From NCBI GenBank assembly GCA_963788655.1, contig CAWBHS010000026.1:32001-96000 (forward strand): 64,000 nt of DNA, written 5' to 3'. The notes beneath the pieces were generated by a model. The model ran no database searches. It saw only the letters and a program-made list of their open reading frames with translations, and was not told the origin of the DNA. Positions within the stretch are counted from its first letter, which is position 1; every line of letters starts with the position of its first letter. Positions 43,188 through 54,241 of this stretch are shown one piece after another. Made by a program: the position numbers and the translations under genes. The stretch comes from an uncultured Verrucomicrobiae bacterium. GTDB lineage: Bacteria; Verrucomicrobiota; Verrucomicrobiia; Limisphaerales; JAFGQR01.

Positions 43188-43349
43188 GCATTTTCCCAAG
43201 CCGCCCAATACCCCCGCTTTGCATGCAAGGCGACTGCGAATGTCTGCTTGGACTTCCTTCGCAAGTCCATTTAAACAAAACCGCTCCTTCCGGCAGGAAG
43301 AAGCGGCACACTTTGCGTTGAAGAGGAATTGCCCCGGCGTGGCCAGCCG

Positions 43350-45227
43350 TCAGCCCGCTTCCTGAGTTTCCAGGAAGCCTTGGAGTTCGCGGGCGCGGGT
43401 GGGATGGCGCAGTTTTCGCAGGGCTTTGGCTTCGATCTGGCGGATGCGTTCGCGCGTGACTTTGTATTGTTTGCCGACCTCTTCGAGCGTGTACTCGTAA
43501 CCGTCCTTCAGGCCGAAGCGCAGTTCCAAGACGCGCCGCTCCCGTTCGGTCAGGGTGGACAGCACGCCGGCCAGTCGACTTCGCAGCATGAGGTAGCCGG
43601 TCTTTTCGGCTGGGTCTTCCGCGGTTTTGTCTTCGATGAAATCGCCCACGTTGGCATCGCCGTCATCACCAACCGGCGCATGCAGCGAGATGGCTTGCTG
43701 CGACATCTTCAGCAGCGAGCGCACCCGTTCCACCGGCAACTGCATTTCGTCGGCGATTTCCTCGGGAGTCGCTTCCCGGCCGAATTCCTGCACGATTTGC
43801 TGCTGCATCCGGATGGCTTTGTGGATGATCTCGATCATGTGTACCGGAATGCGGACCGTACGGGCTTGATCGGCCAACGCCCGCGTTACCGCCTGACGAA
43901 TCCACCATACCGCGTAGGTTGAGAACTTGTAGCCGCGGCGGTATTCAAACTTTTCCACTGCGCGCATCAATCCGAGGTTGCCCTCCTGGATCAGGTCCAG
44001 CAGCGAGAGGCCGCGGTTGGAATACTTGCGGGCCACGGACACAACGAGCCGCAAATTGGCTTCCACCATTTCGGTTTTGGCAATCCGCGCGCGGGCGGCG
44101 GCTTTGTTCATTTCCGTGCAAGCCTTCAGGTATTCGGGACAAGGCATCCGCACAAAATCCTCGAGGGCTTTGATCTTCTGACGCTCGCCCTCCATCAGCG
44201 CCTGGCGGCGAGACGGCGGACGCAAATGTTCCAATTCATTAAGAACTCGCTGGCCGGCCAGCATTTGCTCGCGGACATTTCCGGCCACCACCGTCATTTC
44301 TTCAATGATCTTGGGTTGGTAGCAGAATTGCGGAAACAATTGCTGCAGTTTCCGGTTGAGCTTGTTGAACTCGGTCAACGTTCTTTCGCGGGCCTTCTTG
44401 CTCGAAGCCTTCTTCCATTCCGCATATTTGGCATCGGCTCGTTGGTCGAAGGAACGGACGCGTTTGACCAGCGCGCGCAGGAATTGCAGGTGCTGAGGGC
44501 GCGAGGCGGTTTTGGTGTCCACAATCACCCGGTCGAAGCGCTCTTTGGGCGGTTCGGAATAAAGCTTTTCGGCCAGGGCAATATGTTCTTTGGCGGTGAA
44601 CCCGAAGCTGTACAGGAGCTGTTGCACTTGCTGTTCGGCTTCTTCGATGCGTTTGCAGATCGCTACTTCCCCTTCGCGGTTGAGCAGCGGCACCCGTCCC
44701 ATTTGTTTGAGATAAAGCCGGATGGGATCATCCAGCGTGTCCATGCGCGAGCCTTCTTCAGGTTCGTCAGCTTCTTTGGAGCCGGAGGATTGGGCTGATT
44801 TGGCGGGAGCCCGTTCGACCACCTCGATGCCCGCGTCGCCAATAGCGCGATAAATATCGGCATACTCGTCAGGAGTCAGATCATCCAACACGCAGGCCTC
44901 GCGGACGTCTTCGAACGTGAGATAGCCTTGCTCATGGGACAATTCCAAGAGCTCGCTTACGCGCTCCGTAACATCCACACCCGATTGGGTCTTGACCGGT
45001 TTGGTCGGTAACTGAGGGCCAGCCTTGGGCGCGGTTGCCAACGATAGCGCGGGCAGAACCACCGCCGGGCGGGTGCGTGATTTGCGAGGCCGGGAGGCGC
45101 CGTTGGAACGCGAAGCCACACTGCTTTCGGGAAGTTTGGACTTCTTGCCCGAAGCGGTTCGCCTGGTTAGTTTCAAGTTCTTTCTGGCGGTGCCAGAGTG
45201 ATTGGCACGATGGTGTGCTTTTTTCAT
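43350..45227 (-). CDS. rpoD: RNA polymerase sigma-70 factor, RpoD type (possibly a paralog)
   Basis: Region 1.1 (GYLTFEDV), 1.2 ([12 protein letters not shown]), non-conserved region, 2 ([39 protein letters not shown]), 3 and 4 ([26 protein letters not shown]). Confidence 0.9.
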   Translation of the reverse strand: MKKAHHRANHSGTARKNLKLTRRTASGKKSKLPESSVASRSNGASRPRKSRTRPAVVLPALSLATAPKAGPQLPTKPVKTQSGVDVTERVSELLELSHEQGYLTFEDVREACVLDDLTPDEYADIYRAIGDAGIEVVERAPAKSAQSSGSKEADEPEEGSRMDTLDDPIRLYLKQMGRVPLLNREGEVAICKRIEEAEQQVQQLLYSFGFTAKEHIALAEKLYSEPPKERFDRVIVDTKTASRPQHLQFLRALVKRVRSFDQRADAKYAEWKKASSKKARERTLTEFNKLNRKLQQLFPQFCYQPKIIEEMTVVAGNVREQMLAGQRVLNELEHLRPPSRRQALMEGERQKIKALEDFVRMPCPEYLKACTEMNKAAARARIAKTEMVEANLRLVVSVARKYSNRGLSLLDLIQEGNLGLMRAVEKFEYRRGYKFSTYAVWWIRQAVTRALADQARTVRIPVHMIEIIHKAIRMQQQIVQEFGREATPEEIADEMQLPVERVRSLLKMSQQAISLHAPVGDDGDANVGDFIEDKTAEDPAEKTGYLMLRSRLAGVLSTLTERERRVLELRFGLKDGYEYTLEEVGKQYKVTRERIRQIEAKALRKLRHPTRARELQGFLETQEAG

Positions 45228-45890
45228 TCGCTATTCAAACGACAATTACTGCAATGCGGCCGTAATGGGAGGTGCTGTCGTTCACCTTTCGGCCCAAAAA
45301 TAGACGAGGAAAACCAAGTTGTTGAGGAAACTGACTTCTGATTACATTAAGGTGTATAGACCACTGCACCGAGGCGATTATTCAAAATCGAAAATGTCGC
45401 CATACGTTCATCGCGGAGTAAAACCCGCCGGATAACCTGAGTTTTGGTCGCGCTCATTATTAGGTGCCGTCTCGCACAAGCCGCGAAGGCTCCAGCAATA
45501 GAGCAAAGAAAGCAAGAAACAAAAGAATAAAATTGTAAGGATCGTGAAATCCGCGATTGCTGCAATAGCAGGGTTGCCGCACCAATCATCCTATTTTTGA
45601 GGGTTTAATTGGCAAAAACTTGCTAATATTAGCGATAAAGCTGTCACCGGACTGCCGCGGCAATCCAATCACAAACTGAGTTCTCTCGATTGCCCATCCG
45701 GACTTCTGTTGGGAATTACAATATTTAGCGTTGTTGAAACCGCCGCAATCGGGTACGCATCGAAGCGAAACACGGCGCGGATAGGGTATTAAGAATCGGT
45801 TCTTGATGCTCGGGAATGTTTGGAATCGTCAAATGTCATTCTTGAGGCCAGTCAACGGGATTTTTGATTCCGCTCAACAGACCACCAGTT

Positions 45891-46835
45891 ATGAAAAAAT
45901 CAGCGGTCGCAAACCAATCTACCACCGGAAAGAAAGCGTCCCGGAGTGCTCCTACACGAAAGATTCATCCGGTAGTTATCTATCCGTTTCGGCAAGCGGT
46001 GGATTATTCGGACTTGGAGGGTCTGTATCAATTGATCGCCCGGTTGGATGCGGACCAAGGCCGATATGCGCGCCCCATCACGGTCATGGATCGGAAGACC
46101 CATTTCTCCGTGGAAGGTTCCCAAGCTTTCCGGAGATTTCGCGAGCAAACCGTGTCCAAGCACTCGGATATTCTGGATGCTTGGTGTGTGGATACATGTC
46201 AAATGTGGTACACCGGATTGGGTCAGGCGTTTGAGCAAGGCGAGTCCGACGATGTGTATTGGCTGATTCCGGGAGATTTCAATTACGGCACAGCCGTGGG
46301 GCAGGAGGTTTTGGGCCGCTTGCACGACCTGCCGGAGATTATCGGCGAACTCGACCAGGACTTGTGCATCGGTGAGATTGCCACGGACCACAACAATTCC
46401 AAACAACTGATGGATACCTACGGCACCTTTGCGTTGCTGTACAACTGGTTTCCCGCGGAAGCTCAGGAAATTCGACAAATGACCGAACGCCCGCGTTCTG
46501 AATTCTTCGCCATTCGCCACGGTTTCTTGCGGGAATTACTGCTCCAACGCTGGTATGCCTACGAACAGACGGTGGTCATCTTGTTGAAAGCCGTGTTCAC
46601 CCGCAAACGAATCAGCCGCTTTTTCGTGGGAAATGTAACCGACCTGCCCGAAGGTCGCGAGTCCCTGGCCTCGGCCCTGCAACAGGTGGAACGGACGGAA
46701 CGCGTACTGAAATCAGTGTGGCGGGAACGCCATCAACCCAAGCCGAATTGGTTCCAACAATACGGGCTCTTGGAGAAGCAATCCGAGCGGGTCCGCCGAA
46801 CCGCACAGATCATTTTGCAGAATCTTTTGGGATGA
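45891..46835 (+). CDS. Hypothetical protein, possible divergent GT-A fold
   Basis: Clean 314-aa ORF from ATG 45891; DDVYWLIPGDF and RPRSEFFAI resemble the DxD-strand and downstream motifs of GT-A enzymes (weak). Confidence 0.65.
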   Translation: MKKSAVANQSTTGKKASRSAPTRKIHPVVIYPFRQAVDYSDLEGLYQLIARLDADQGRYARPITVMDRKTHFSVEGSQAFRRFREQTVSKHSDILDAWCVDTCQMWYTGLGQAFEQGESDDVYWLIPGDFNYGTAVGQEVLGRLHDLPEIIGELDQDLCIGEIATDHNNSKQLMDTYGTFALLYNWFPAEAQEIRQMTERPRSEFFAIRHGFLRELLLQRWYAYEQTVVILLKAVFTRKRISRFFVGNVTDLPEGRESLASALQQVERTERVLKSVWRERHQPKPNWFQQYGLLEKQSERVRRTAQIILQNLLG

Positions 46836-46921
46836 ACGGGTGGTCTATTCTCGCGTTTTGGCCGGCTTTGGTTATGTTCCTGGCTGAACTTTTGGGACGA
46901 ATTATTTGAGATCGATTTGAC

Positions 46922-47239
46922 ATGCCACATCGGAACTTACCGCCCTTTGGACCGTTAAAGCGCCCGACGCCGAAGAAGACCTTGCGGGCAGTTAATTTTA
47001 TTTGCAACGCCCCGCAGGCCCGGGCCGTCAGCTTGGTGGGCGACTTCAATGATTGGAATCCGGCGACGCATGCTCTGAAACAAATGCCGGACGGCGCGTG
47101 GTTGTTAACGGTGGAACTGCCGCACGGCCATCACCGGTATGCCTTTATGGTGGACGGGAACTTGACCTTGGACCCGCGCGCGCAGGGCATCACCCGCAAC
47201 GACCAGGGCGAGCGGGTATCGCTCGTCCCCGTCAGTTGA
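46922..47239 (+). CDS. Stand-alone glycogen-binding CBM48 / isoamylase early-set domain protein
   Basis: APQARAVSLVGDFNDW, DGAW...L..G.HRYAFMVDG...DP. Confidence 0.9.
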   Translation: MPHRNLPPFGPLKRPTPKKTLRAVNFICNAPQARAVSLVGDFNDWNPATHALKQMPDGAWLLTVELPHGHHRYAFMVDGNLTLDPRAQGITRNDQGERVSLVPVS

Positions 47240-47355
47240 CCACGCCCGGACGTCACTCGCCATTTGACACCCCGCGGCCTGCTCCCTATAAAGACGGGCG
47301 TGCGGACTCTCTAATCGTCAACAATCAAAAGACTGAAATACAGGAAGAAAACATT

Positions 47356-47835
47356 ATGGCAATATCAGTTGGCACAAAGGCGCCGGATTTTTCGTTGAAA
47401 TCCAAACAATCCTCCGGTCTGGTGGACGTCAAACTAAGCGGGAATTTTGGCCAGAAGAATACGGTGCTGCTCTTTTTCCCGTTGGCCTTCACGGGCACCT
47501 GCACCCAGGAGATGTGCGACATCACCGCCGGCCTAAACTCCTACCAGAAACTGAACGCCGAAGTGATCGGTGTCAGCGTGGACAGTCCGTTCGCCCAAGA
47601 AGCTTGGGCGCAGAAGGAGAAGATCGGCATTACCCTGGCCAGCGATCTCAACAAGAAGATCGCCGAAGCCTACGGCACCTTGTTGCCAGATTTGTTAGGG
47701 ATGGGTGCGGTTAGCGCCCGGGCGGCCTTTGTGATCGACAAGCAAGGGGTGGTGCAATACAGCGAACAAACGCCGACGCCCAAGGACTTGCCCAATTTCG
47801 AGGCGATCCAGGAAACACTCGCCAAGCTGGCCTGA
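47356..47835 (+). CDS. Peroxiredoxin (AhpC/TSA, AhpE-like)
   Basis: VGTKAPDFSL, FFPLAFTGTCTQEMC, GVSVDS, RAAFVIDKQG. Confidence 0.92.
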   Translation: MAISVGTKAPDFSLKSKQSSGLVDVKLSGNFGQKNTVLLFFPLAFTGTCTQEMCDITAGLNSYQKLNAEVIGVSVDSPFAQEAWAQKEKIGITLASDLNKKIAEAYGTLLPDLLGMGAVSARAAFVIDKQGVVQYSEQTPTPKDLPNFEAIQETLAKLA

Positions 47836-48209
47836 CGCACACGATTGGCCCCGATTCACCTGGACGCGGGCCATTCTGGCAGGGACGCTGTTTGGACGGG
47901 TTCGTTCGAGATAGGCGACTAGCGTGATTGCCGGTCCGTTACTGCTCAACGTTGGGTGAGCGTTTGCGGTCTGGGGAGCGCGCGTTTGATTTGTTTTCTC
48001 AGAGCACACGGCATGCAGAGGACACTGGCGCGAATGCCCTCCAGACAATACGAAACTGGACACCGCGAATGCGTGGTCACAGGCGAACGAGGACGAACTT
48101 GCCCATTAGAAGATCAGGTGGGGTGAAAATTGCCGCGCAGGATTTGCCGAGGTTGTGCCGCGACCCGTTCAGGAAACCCCGGCTTTGCTTCCAGCGCCGG
48201 TTTCGATTC

Positions 48210-48225
48210 TGGAATTGATATTGCT
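48210..48225 (+). promoter_or_regulatory. Possible sigma54 -24/-12 promoter
   Basis: TGGAATTGATATTGCT (GG-N10-GC) about 90 nt upstream of the hybrid kinase. Confidence 0.3.
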
Positions 48226-48311
48226 GCGTAGCGTGTCAGTTAATTTTCTGCTGTGGTCCTAAACAAAGACTTGGTCTGTCGAACCGTCAATGATTACGTT
48301 GGCGGTAAGTA

Positions 48312-50709
48312 ATGCCTTTTGTCGGTATGCCCAATGTTGCGCGAATACAATCATTGCCGGACGCTGAGCCGCCGCGGCCCGACCCCCCGGCGAGCCATGC
48401 AACCGAACCTCGGTTGACGGTCGAGTTGCCAGGGGTTGCGTCGGGTGGTTCCGCCTCGGCGACCGCAATCAAGGTTCTCCTGGTGGAAGACATGGCCGAG
48501 GACGCGGAGTTGATCGAACGCGAATTGAAACGGGCCGGCTTGCTCCTGACAACCTTGCGGGTCGAGACGCGCGAAGCATTCATGCGGAGCGTCAAGGACT
48601 TTGCGCCCGACCTGGTGCTGGCGGATTATAGCTTGCCCCAGTTCAGCGCGTTGGAGGCCCTGCGATTGCTCAAAGCCCAGCAGTCGGACATTCCGCTCAT
48701 TTTGGTCACCGGCTCACACTCCGAAGAAGTCGCCGTCGAGTGCATGCGGGAAGGCGCTGAGGATTACATTCTGAAGTCCGCGCTGCGCTTCCTGCCGTCG
48801 GCCTTAAACCGGGCGTATCGGAAGACCCTTACCGAACGAGAACGCGCCGCGGCCGAAGCTGCCTCGCAGCGCAGCCAGGAACAATTCCGGTTGATTGCCG
48901 AAAACACGCGCGACCTGATCTGGCTGATTGATCTGGACTACAATTTTCTCTACGTCAGCCGCTCCCATCAAACGGTTCTGGGACACGATCCGGATTGCTT
49001 GTTGAACCAACCCTGCCTGCCATACATCCATCCGGAGGATGTGCGGCTCCTCCAGGAAATCCTGGACGAAGCGCGCTTCTTCCGGACCAGCCGGCAAGCC
49101 GAATTGCGTCTCAAGAACCAGCAGGGCAACTGGCAGGTGTTTGAGTCGGTGGCCAATTACATCTTTGAAGCCGGGGGCCGGCCGCAACGCGCCCTCATTG
49201 TTTCCCGCGATCTCAGCGAACGCAAACGCGCGGAAATGCAGATTCGCAAACTGGCGGCCTTTCCGCGGTACAATCCCAATCTCGTGCTGGAATTTGCGGC
49301 GGATGGTTCGCTCACGTACTTCAATGACGCCGCCTTGGAAATGGCGCGTTCATTCAAGAAGCATCATCCCCAGGCCCTGCTGCCGCTCAACGCCTCGACC
49401 ACGGTCCGGATGTGCCTGGCCACCGGCCAAAGCAAACTGCGGGTGGAAAACCTCGTGGCGGGACGAACCTTGTCGTGGTCGTTTTTCCCGATCTTAAGCA
49501 GCCAAGTGGTACACTGCTACGCCGAAGATGTCACCGAACGATTGCACCTCGAGAGCCAACTGCGGCAAATCCAGAAGATGGAATCGGTCGGCCAGTTGGC
49601 CGCCGGGGTGGCGCATGATTTCAACAACATCCTCACGATTATTCAGGGCCATTCCGGCTTGCTGCAGGCCGATCCCCGCATGCAACTCGAAGGCCAGGAA
49701 TCGGCCCGTCAGATTTCCATCGCGGCCGAACGGGCGGCCAACTTGACGCGCCAGTTGCTGATGTTCAGTCGCAAACAAGTCATCCAGCCGCACTTGCTGG
49801 ACTTGAACGATGTGATCAACAACGTCTCAAAGATGTTGCGGACCTTGTTGGGTGAACCGGTGAAGTTGTGCCGGGATTTGCACACCCGCCTGCCCGCCAT
49901 CTACGCCGATCCCGGCATGATTGAGCAGGTGCTGGTGAATCTGGCGGTGAACGCGCGCGACGCCATGCCGCGCGGCGGGACCTTAACCATCACCACCGAT
50001 ACCGTGACGATTTCGGAAGCGCATGCCCAGGCCCATTCGGAATCCCGGCCAGGATCGTTCGTGTGCCTGGGAGTGACCGACACGGGCAGCGGCATGGATG
50101 CCGGCACGTTGGGGCGGGTGTTCGAGCCATTCTTCACCACCAAGGAAGTCGGCAAGGGCACTGGATTGGGATTGGCCACCGTTTACGGCATTGTCAAACA
50201 ACATCAAGGTTGGATCGAAGCCGACAGCGAAGTCGGCCGCGGCACCACCTTCAAGGTCTTTCTGCCGATCCAATCCAAAGCACCATTCCAAGCCAAAGAC
50301 CCGGCCCAAAATCGGACTCCTGGCGGCCAGGAAACGGTCTTGGTCGTCGAAGACGAACCGGCCTTGCGGGAGCTTGTGAAGGAGATCCTGGAGAAGAAAG
50401 GCTACACTATCTTGGAAGCCGATAATGGCGTGCAGGCCCTGGAGATTTGGGAAACGCAACAGCACACCATTGACCTGTTGCTGACCGACATGATGATGCC
50501 GCAAGGCATTTCGGCGGGATCTGGCGGAAAAGTTGTTGACGGAGAAAGCACAACTCAAAGTCATTTACACCAGCGGTTACAGCTTGGAAGTTATCAGTCC
50601 TGATTGCGTAATCAAAGATGGGTTGAATTTCCTGCAAAAACCGTATCACCCGGAGACCCTGGCGCAAACAGTGCGCAACTGTCTGGATGCACCGCCGGCT
50701 TCATCCTGA
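48312..50709 (+). CDS. Hybrid sensor histidine kinase REC-PAS-PAS-HisKA-HATPase-REC (frameshift near 50515)
   Basis: [64 protein letters not shown]-terminal REC finishes [14 protein letters not shown] in another frame, TGA at 50707-50709. Confidence 0.92.
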
Positions 50710-50775
50710 AGCAACCCCGAGCCGAATAATCGCAATGCTCCGGTCGTTTGATCGGCGTTAGCTTTTGGGTGTAGC

Positions 50776-50804
50776 TTGCGTTGCCGGAACGCCGACCTTA
50801 CAAT
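50776..50804 (+). promoter_or_regulatory. Sigma70-type promoter of tRNA-Arg
   Basis: TTGCGT-17 nt-TACAAT, 12 nt upstream of the tRNA. Confidence 0.6.
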
Positions 50805-50816
50805 TTCCTCAACGAA

Positions 50817-50893
50817 GCGCCCGTAGCTCAGTCGGATAGAGCATCTGCCTTCTAAGCAGAGGGTCGCTGGTTCGAGTCCAGCCGGGCGTGCCA
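50817..50893 (+). tRNA. tRNA-Arg(TCT)
   Basis: GCGCCCGTAGCTCAGTCGGATAGAGCATCTGCCTTCTAAGCAGAGGGTCGCTGGTTCGAGTCCAGCCGGGCGTGCCA. Confidence 0.96.
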
Positions 50894-51132
50894 GTTTTTC
50901 TTGGGAAAAACTCACTTTTGCCCCGTTTGGTGGGAAAGGGAGGCGGGGTGCAAACCAAGCGTTTCTTGAGGAGACGGATGACCGGACCATTGACGACTTG
51001 GAAACGTTCCAGCGAGATCAAAGATGTTCCACGGACTATACGCGCGGGCAATAAGCGTTGAAGAACATCGGGGATTGAGAAGCCCATTTCCGGATTTGCT
51101 TTGCGGTCCCGTTTGGCGGTAAAAGTTCCGCC

Positions 51133-52659
51133 ATGCTTTCGAAGGTTTGTTCAGCAGCGGTGAATGGGATCGAGGCTTACCCGCTTGAGGTGGAAGTCAA
51201 CGCGGGCTGGGGGGATACGGTCGTCGTGATCGTTGGCCTGCCGGATGCCGCCGTCAAGGAGTCGCGTGACCGCGTGAGCACCGCGATCACCAACTCCGGC
51301 TTCAGATTCCCGATGGGCCGCACTACCATTAACCTCGCGCCGGCTGACGTGAAGAAAGAAGGGCCCAGCTTCGACTTGCCCATTGCGCTGGGCATGCTGG
51401 CCGCTAGCGAACAAATGGAGACCGACCAGTTGGACAATTTCGTCATCGTGGGCGAATTGGCGTTAACCGGCGCGGTGCGTCCGGTCAAAGGTGTTTTGCC
51501 CATCGCGCTCCAGGCGCAAAAGGAAGGCAAGACCGGCGTGCTGGTGCCCGCCGACAACGCGCCCGAAGCCGCAGTGGTGAGGGGCTTGACGGTCATTCCC
51601 ATTCAAAACCTGCGGGAAGCCGCCAGCTTCCTCGAAGGCGAAATCAAGATCACGCCCACCAAAGTTGATATCACGAAGATCTTCGAACTGGCCGCGGATG
51701 GCGAATTGGACTTCGCCGACGTGAAGGGCCAGGAATCGGTCAAACGCGCGCTCGAAATTGCGGCGGGCGGCGGACACAACGCGCTGCTGGTCGGGCCCCC
51801 GGGCACGGGGAAGTCGATGCTGGCCAAGAGGCTGCCGACGATCCTGCCGCCGCTCACGCTGGTTGAAGCTCTGGAAACCACCAAGATTCACAGCATTGCC
51901 GGATTGCTTCAGCCTGGCCAGGCGCTCGTGACGCAACGGCCTTATCGCAGTCCCCATAACACCGCCAGCGACGCTGGATTGTTGGGCGGCAACGTGAATC
52001 CTACGCCGGGCGAAATTTCACTCGCCCACAACGGCGTGTTGTTCCTCGATGAGTTGCCGGAATTCAAACGCAGCGTCCTTGAGACGCTTCGCCAGCCATT
52101 GGAAGACGGTCGGGTCACCATCTCGCGGGCCGCCGGTTCGATGACCTTTCCCGCGCGGTTCATGCTGGTGGCGGCGATGAATCCGGCGCCCGACGGCAAG
52201 ATGCCGCATGAGTCCCGCTGCTCGCCGCGCGAAATCCAGAATTACCTGGGGCGTATCTCCGGGCCGTTGCTGGACCGGATCGATCTGCACGTGGAAGTGC
52301 CGGCGGTCAAGTTCCAGGAAATGACCGGCGAACGGTCCGGCGAAAGCTCGGCCGAAATCCGCGCGCGCGTCATTGCGGCGCGCGAACGGCAGCAAGCCCG
52401 GTTCAAAGCCCGGCCGCACATCATCTGCAACGCGCACATGGGCACGCGCGAGATCAAACAGTTCTGCGCGCTAAACGAAACCACCATGGAACTGCTCAAG
52501 ATGGCAATGGCCGAAACGAATCTCAGCGCCCGCGCTTACGACCGGATTCTGAAAGTGGCGCGGACCATCGCCGACCTCGACGGCAGCGAACGCCTCACGT
52601 CCGACCATGTTTCCGAAGCGATCCAGTATCGCTCACTGGATCGGCAATTATGGGGCTGA
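51133..52659 (+). CDS. comM: YifB/ComM Mg-chelatase-like AAA+ ATPase
   Basis: [72 protein letters not shown]. Confidence 0.95.
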   Translation: MLSKVCSAAVNGIEAYPLEVEVNAGWGDTVVVIVGLPDAAVKESRDRVSTAITNSGFRFPMGRTTINLAPADVKKEGPSFDLPIALGMLAASEQMETDQLDNFVIVGELALTGAVRPVKGVLPIALQAQKEGKTGVLVPADNAPEAAVVRGLTVIPIQNLREAASFLEGEIKITPTKVDITKIFELAADGELDFADVKGQESVKRALEIAAGGGHNALLVGPPGTGKSMLAKRLPTILPPLTLVEALETTKIHSIAGLLQPGQALVTQRPYRSPHNTASDAGLLGGNVNPTPGEISLAHNGVLFLDELPEFKRSVLETLRQPLEDGRVTISRAAGSMTFPARFMLVAAMNPAPDGKMPHESRCSPREIQNYLGRISGPLLDRIDLHVEVPAVKFQEMTGERSGESSAEIRARVIAARERQQARFKARPHIICNAHMGTREIKQFCALNETTMELLKMAMAETNLSARAYDRILKVARTIADLDGSERLTSDHVSEAIQYRSLDRQLWG

Positions 52660-52716
52660 GGTATTTCTGTTCCCTCACCGGGATATTGTGCATTGAGCTT
52701 AAAACGCCGACAGCCT

Positions 52717-52786
52717 GTAGCCGCCGACGTGAGGAGGCGGAGCACAATCAGCTACGACGGGGCCGCCTCCGCACGTCGGCGGCTAC
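52717..52786. repeat. GTAG-type REP doublet (REPIN)
   Basis: GTAGCCGCCGACGTGAGGAGGCGG ... CCGCCTCCGCACGTCGGCGGCTAC. Confidence 0.8.
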
Positions 52787-52963
52787 AGCGCGGGTGAAAT
52801 GTTTGGGCTAATGCTCGATGCCCATCGCCGCTTCACCGACCTGGTTGTCTGGTAATGAAATAAAACAGTTCCAAGTGGTGGATGTTCGCGATTGATTTAA
52901 CCAATGCCCGTTCTGATTTTATCGATTCATGGCTGACGGTCGGAATCTGCTAAAGTTGGCCGC

Positions 52964-53191
52964 ATGAAACAGACATCATTTTCTTATGTGGCGCTCCGCG
53001 TCGTGCTTGCATTGTTCACACTCTTGATGCTGACATTTTGCGGATTTGGTTTCCTGGCCACTTTCGAGCCGCTGCCGGAGGCGCAGCAGTGGTTGTGGCG
53101 GACGATTTATGGCGTCGTGGGGCTCGGTTGTGTCTGTGCGCTGGCCAGGCTGGTGGCGAGTTGGAGCCGGAACTCGAAGGCCCAGGAATGA
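52964..53191 (+). CDS. Small two-TM membrane protein
   Basis: Two hydrophobic helices around FGFLATFEP; extended -10 box TGcTAAAGT 7 nt before the ATG. Confidence 0.6.
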   Translation: MKQTSFSYVALRVVLALFTLLMLTFCGFGFLATFEPLPEAQQWLWRTIYGVVGLGCVCALARLVASWSRNSKAQE

Positions 53192-53611
53192 TTGGCAACG
53201 ACCGCGCGGCCAAGTGGGAAGAGTGGATAGTAACCGCCTGCTGCGCGGGATTGTGCCGTCCGTATCTATTCAGTGGCTAGACCAGAGACGAGACGATTCG
53301 GCACGGTAGGACACCGGTTTCGAATATCCCAAGGCTTTCTTCACCTTCTGGTGACCTTGAGAAATTGTGGGCGACGTAACGCAACTCCTCGGTTTACTTC
53401 CGTTCGGGACAGGCGAGACGCCTGTCCTACTGATTTGTTCCGGCCAAGCATGGTTTTTCTCTTCCAGAACGGCCGGCTCAAACAACTCATTTGCCCAAGA
53501 TGGGCTATTGCATCGGCGTCCGCCCTTCGGGTAAAGTTCCCCTCAATCGTGAAACAGCAGGTCAGAAATATGGTCCGAATACGTGGTTAGTAACTGAAGC
53601 AACCGGTCATC

Positions 53612-54241
53612 ATGACAATCACCGGCAGAGAAATTACGCTTGTTATTGCCAGCTACCTGCTGGGCTGTTTTACCACCGGCTATTATTGGGTGCGCTGGCG
53701 GAGTGGGCAGGACATTCGCCAATCGGGCAGCGGGAGCGTGGGCGCGCGCAATGTGGGCCGTACCCTGGGACCTTGGGGATTCGTGATCACCTTGCTCGGC
53801 GACGCGGCCAAAGGCGCGCTGGCGGTGGGGATGGCGCTATACTTCGAAGTCAGCCAGGAAGCGCTGGTGGCCGCCATGGTGGCGGTGGTGGTGGGACACA
53901 ACTGGCCGGCGCAACTGCGCTTCCGCGGCGGCAAAGGGGTAGCCACTTCATTGGGGGCGATTCTGGCTTATGATCCATTCCTCGGAGTGGTTTTGGGGCT
54001 CCTGTTTTTACCGGTGTTTGCCGTGCTGCGCAGTTTCACCTTGAGCGGCATGGTGGCGTTTGCCGTGTCGCCATTGGTGGTCTTCTTCTGCCACTTGGGC
54101 AATGTGGAGGTGGCGGCGGTGTCGTTTGTGGCCATTGCGGTCTTGTTCGCTCATCGGCGTAACATCCGGGAGGAGATCGCCGGTCTGCACGCGGAACCTT
54201 CCGTAAAAGAACGGCGCGGCACGCACCACAAAGGGCGCTAG
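53612..54241 (+). CDS. plsY: Glycerol-3-phosphate acyltransferase PlsY family
   Basis: SYLLG, DIRQSGSGSVGARNVGR, DAAKG, GHNWP..FRGGKGVATSLG, AHRRNI. Confidence 0.9.
   Translation: MTITGREITLVIASYLLGCFTTGYYWVRWRSGQDIRQSGSGSVGARNVGRTLGPWGFVITLLGDAAKGALAVGMALYFEVSQEALVAAMVAVVVGHNWPAQLRFRGGKGVATSLGAILAYDPFLGVVLGLLFLPVFAVLRSFTLSGMVAFAVSPLVVFFCHLGNVEVAAVSFVAIAVLFAHRRNIREEIAGLHAEPSVKERRGTHHKGR

Noticed and set aside
45609..45624. TTGGCAAAAACTTGCT as a sigma54 promoter
   Set aside because: GG-to-GC spacing is 9 nt rather than the required 10; it would need a homopolymer error to fit.
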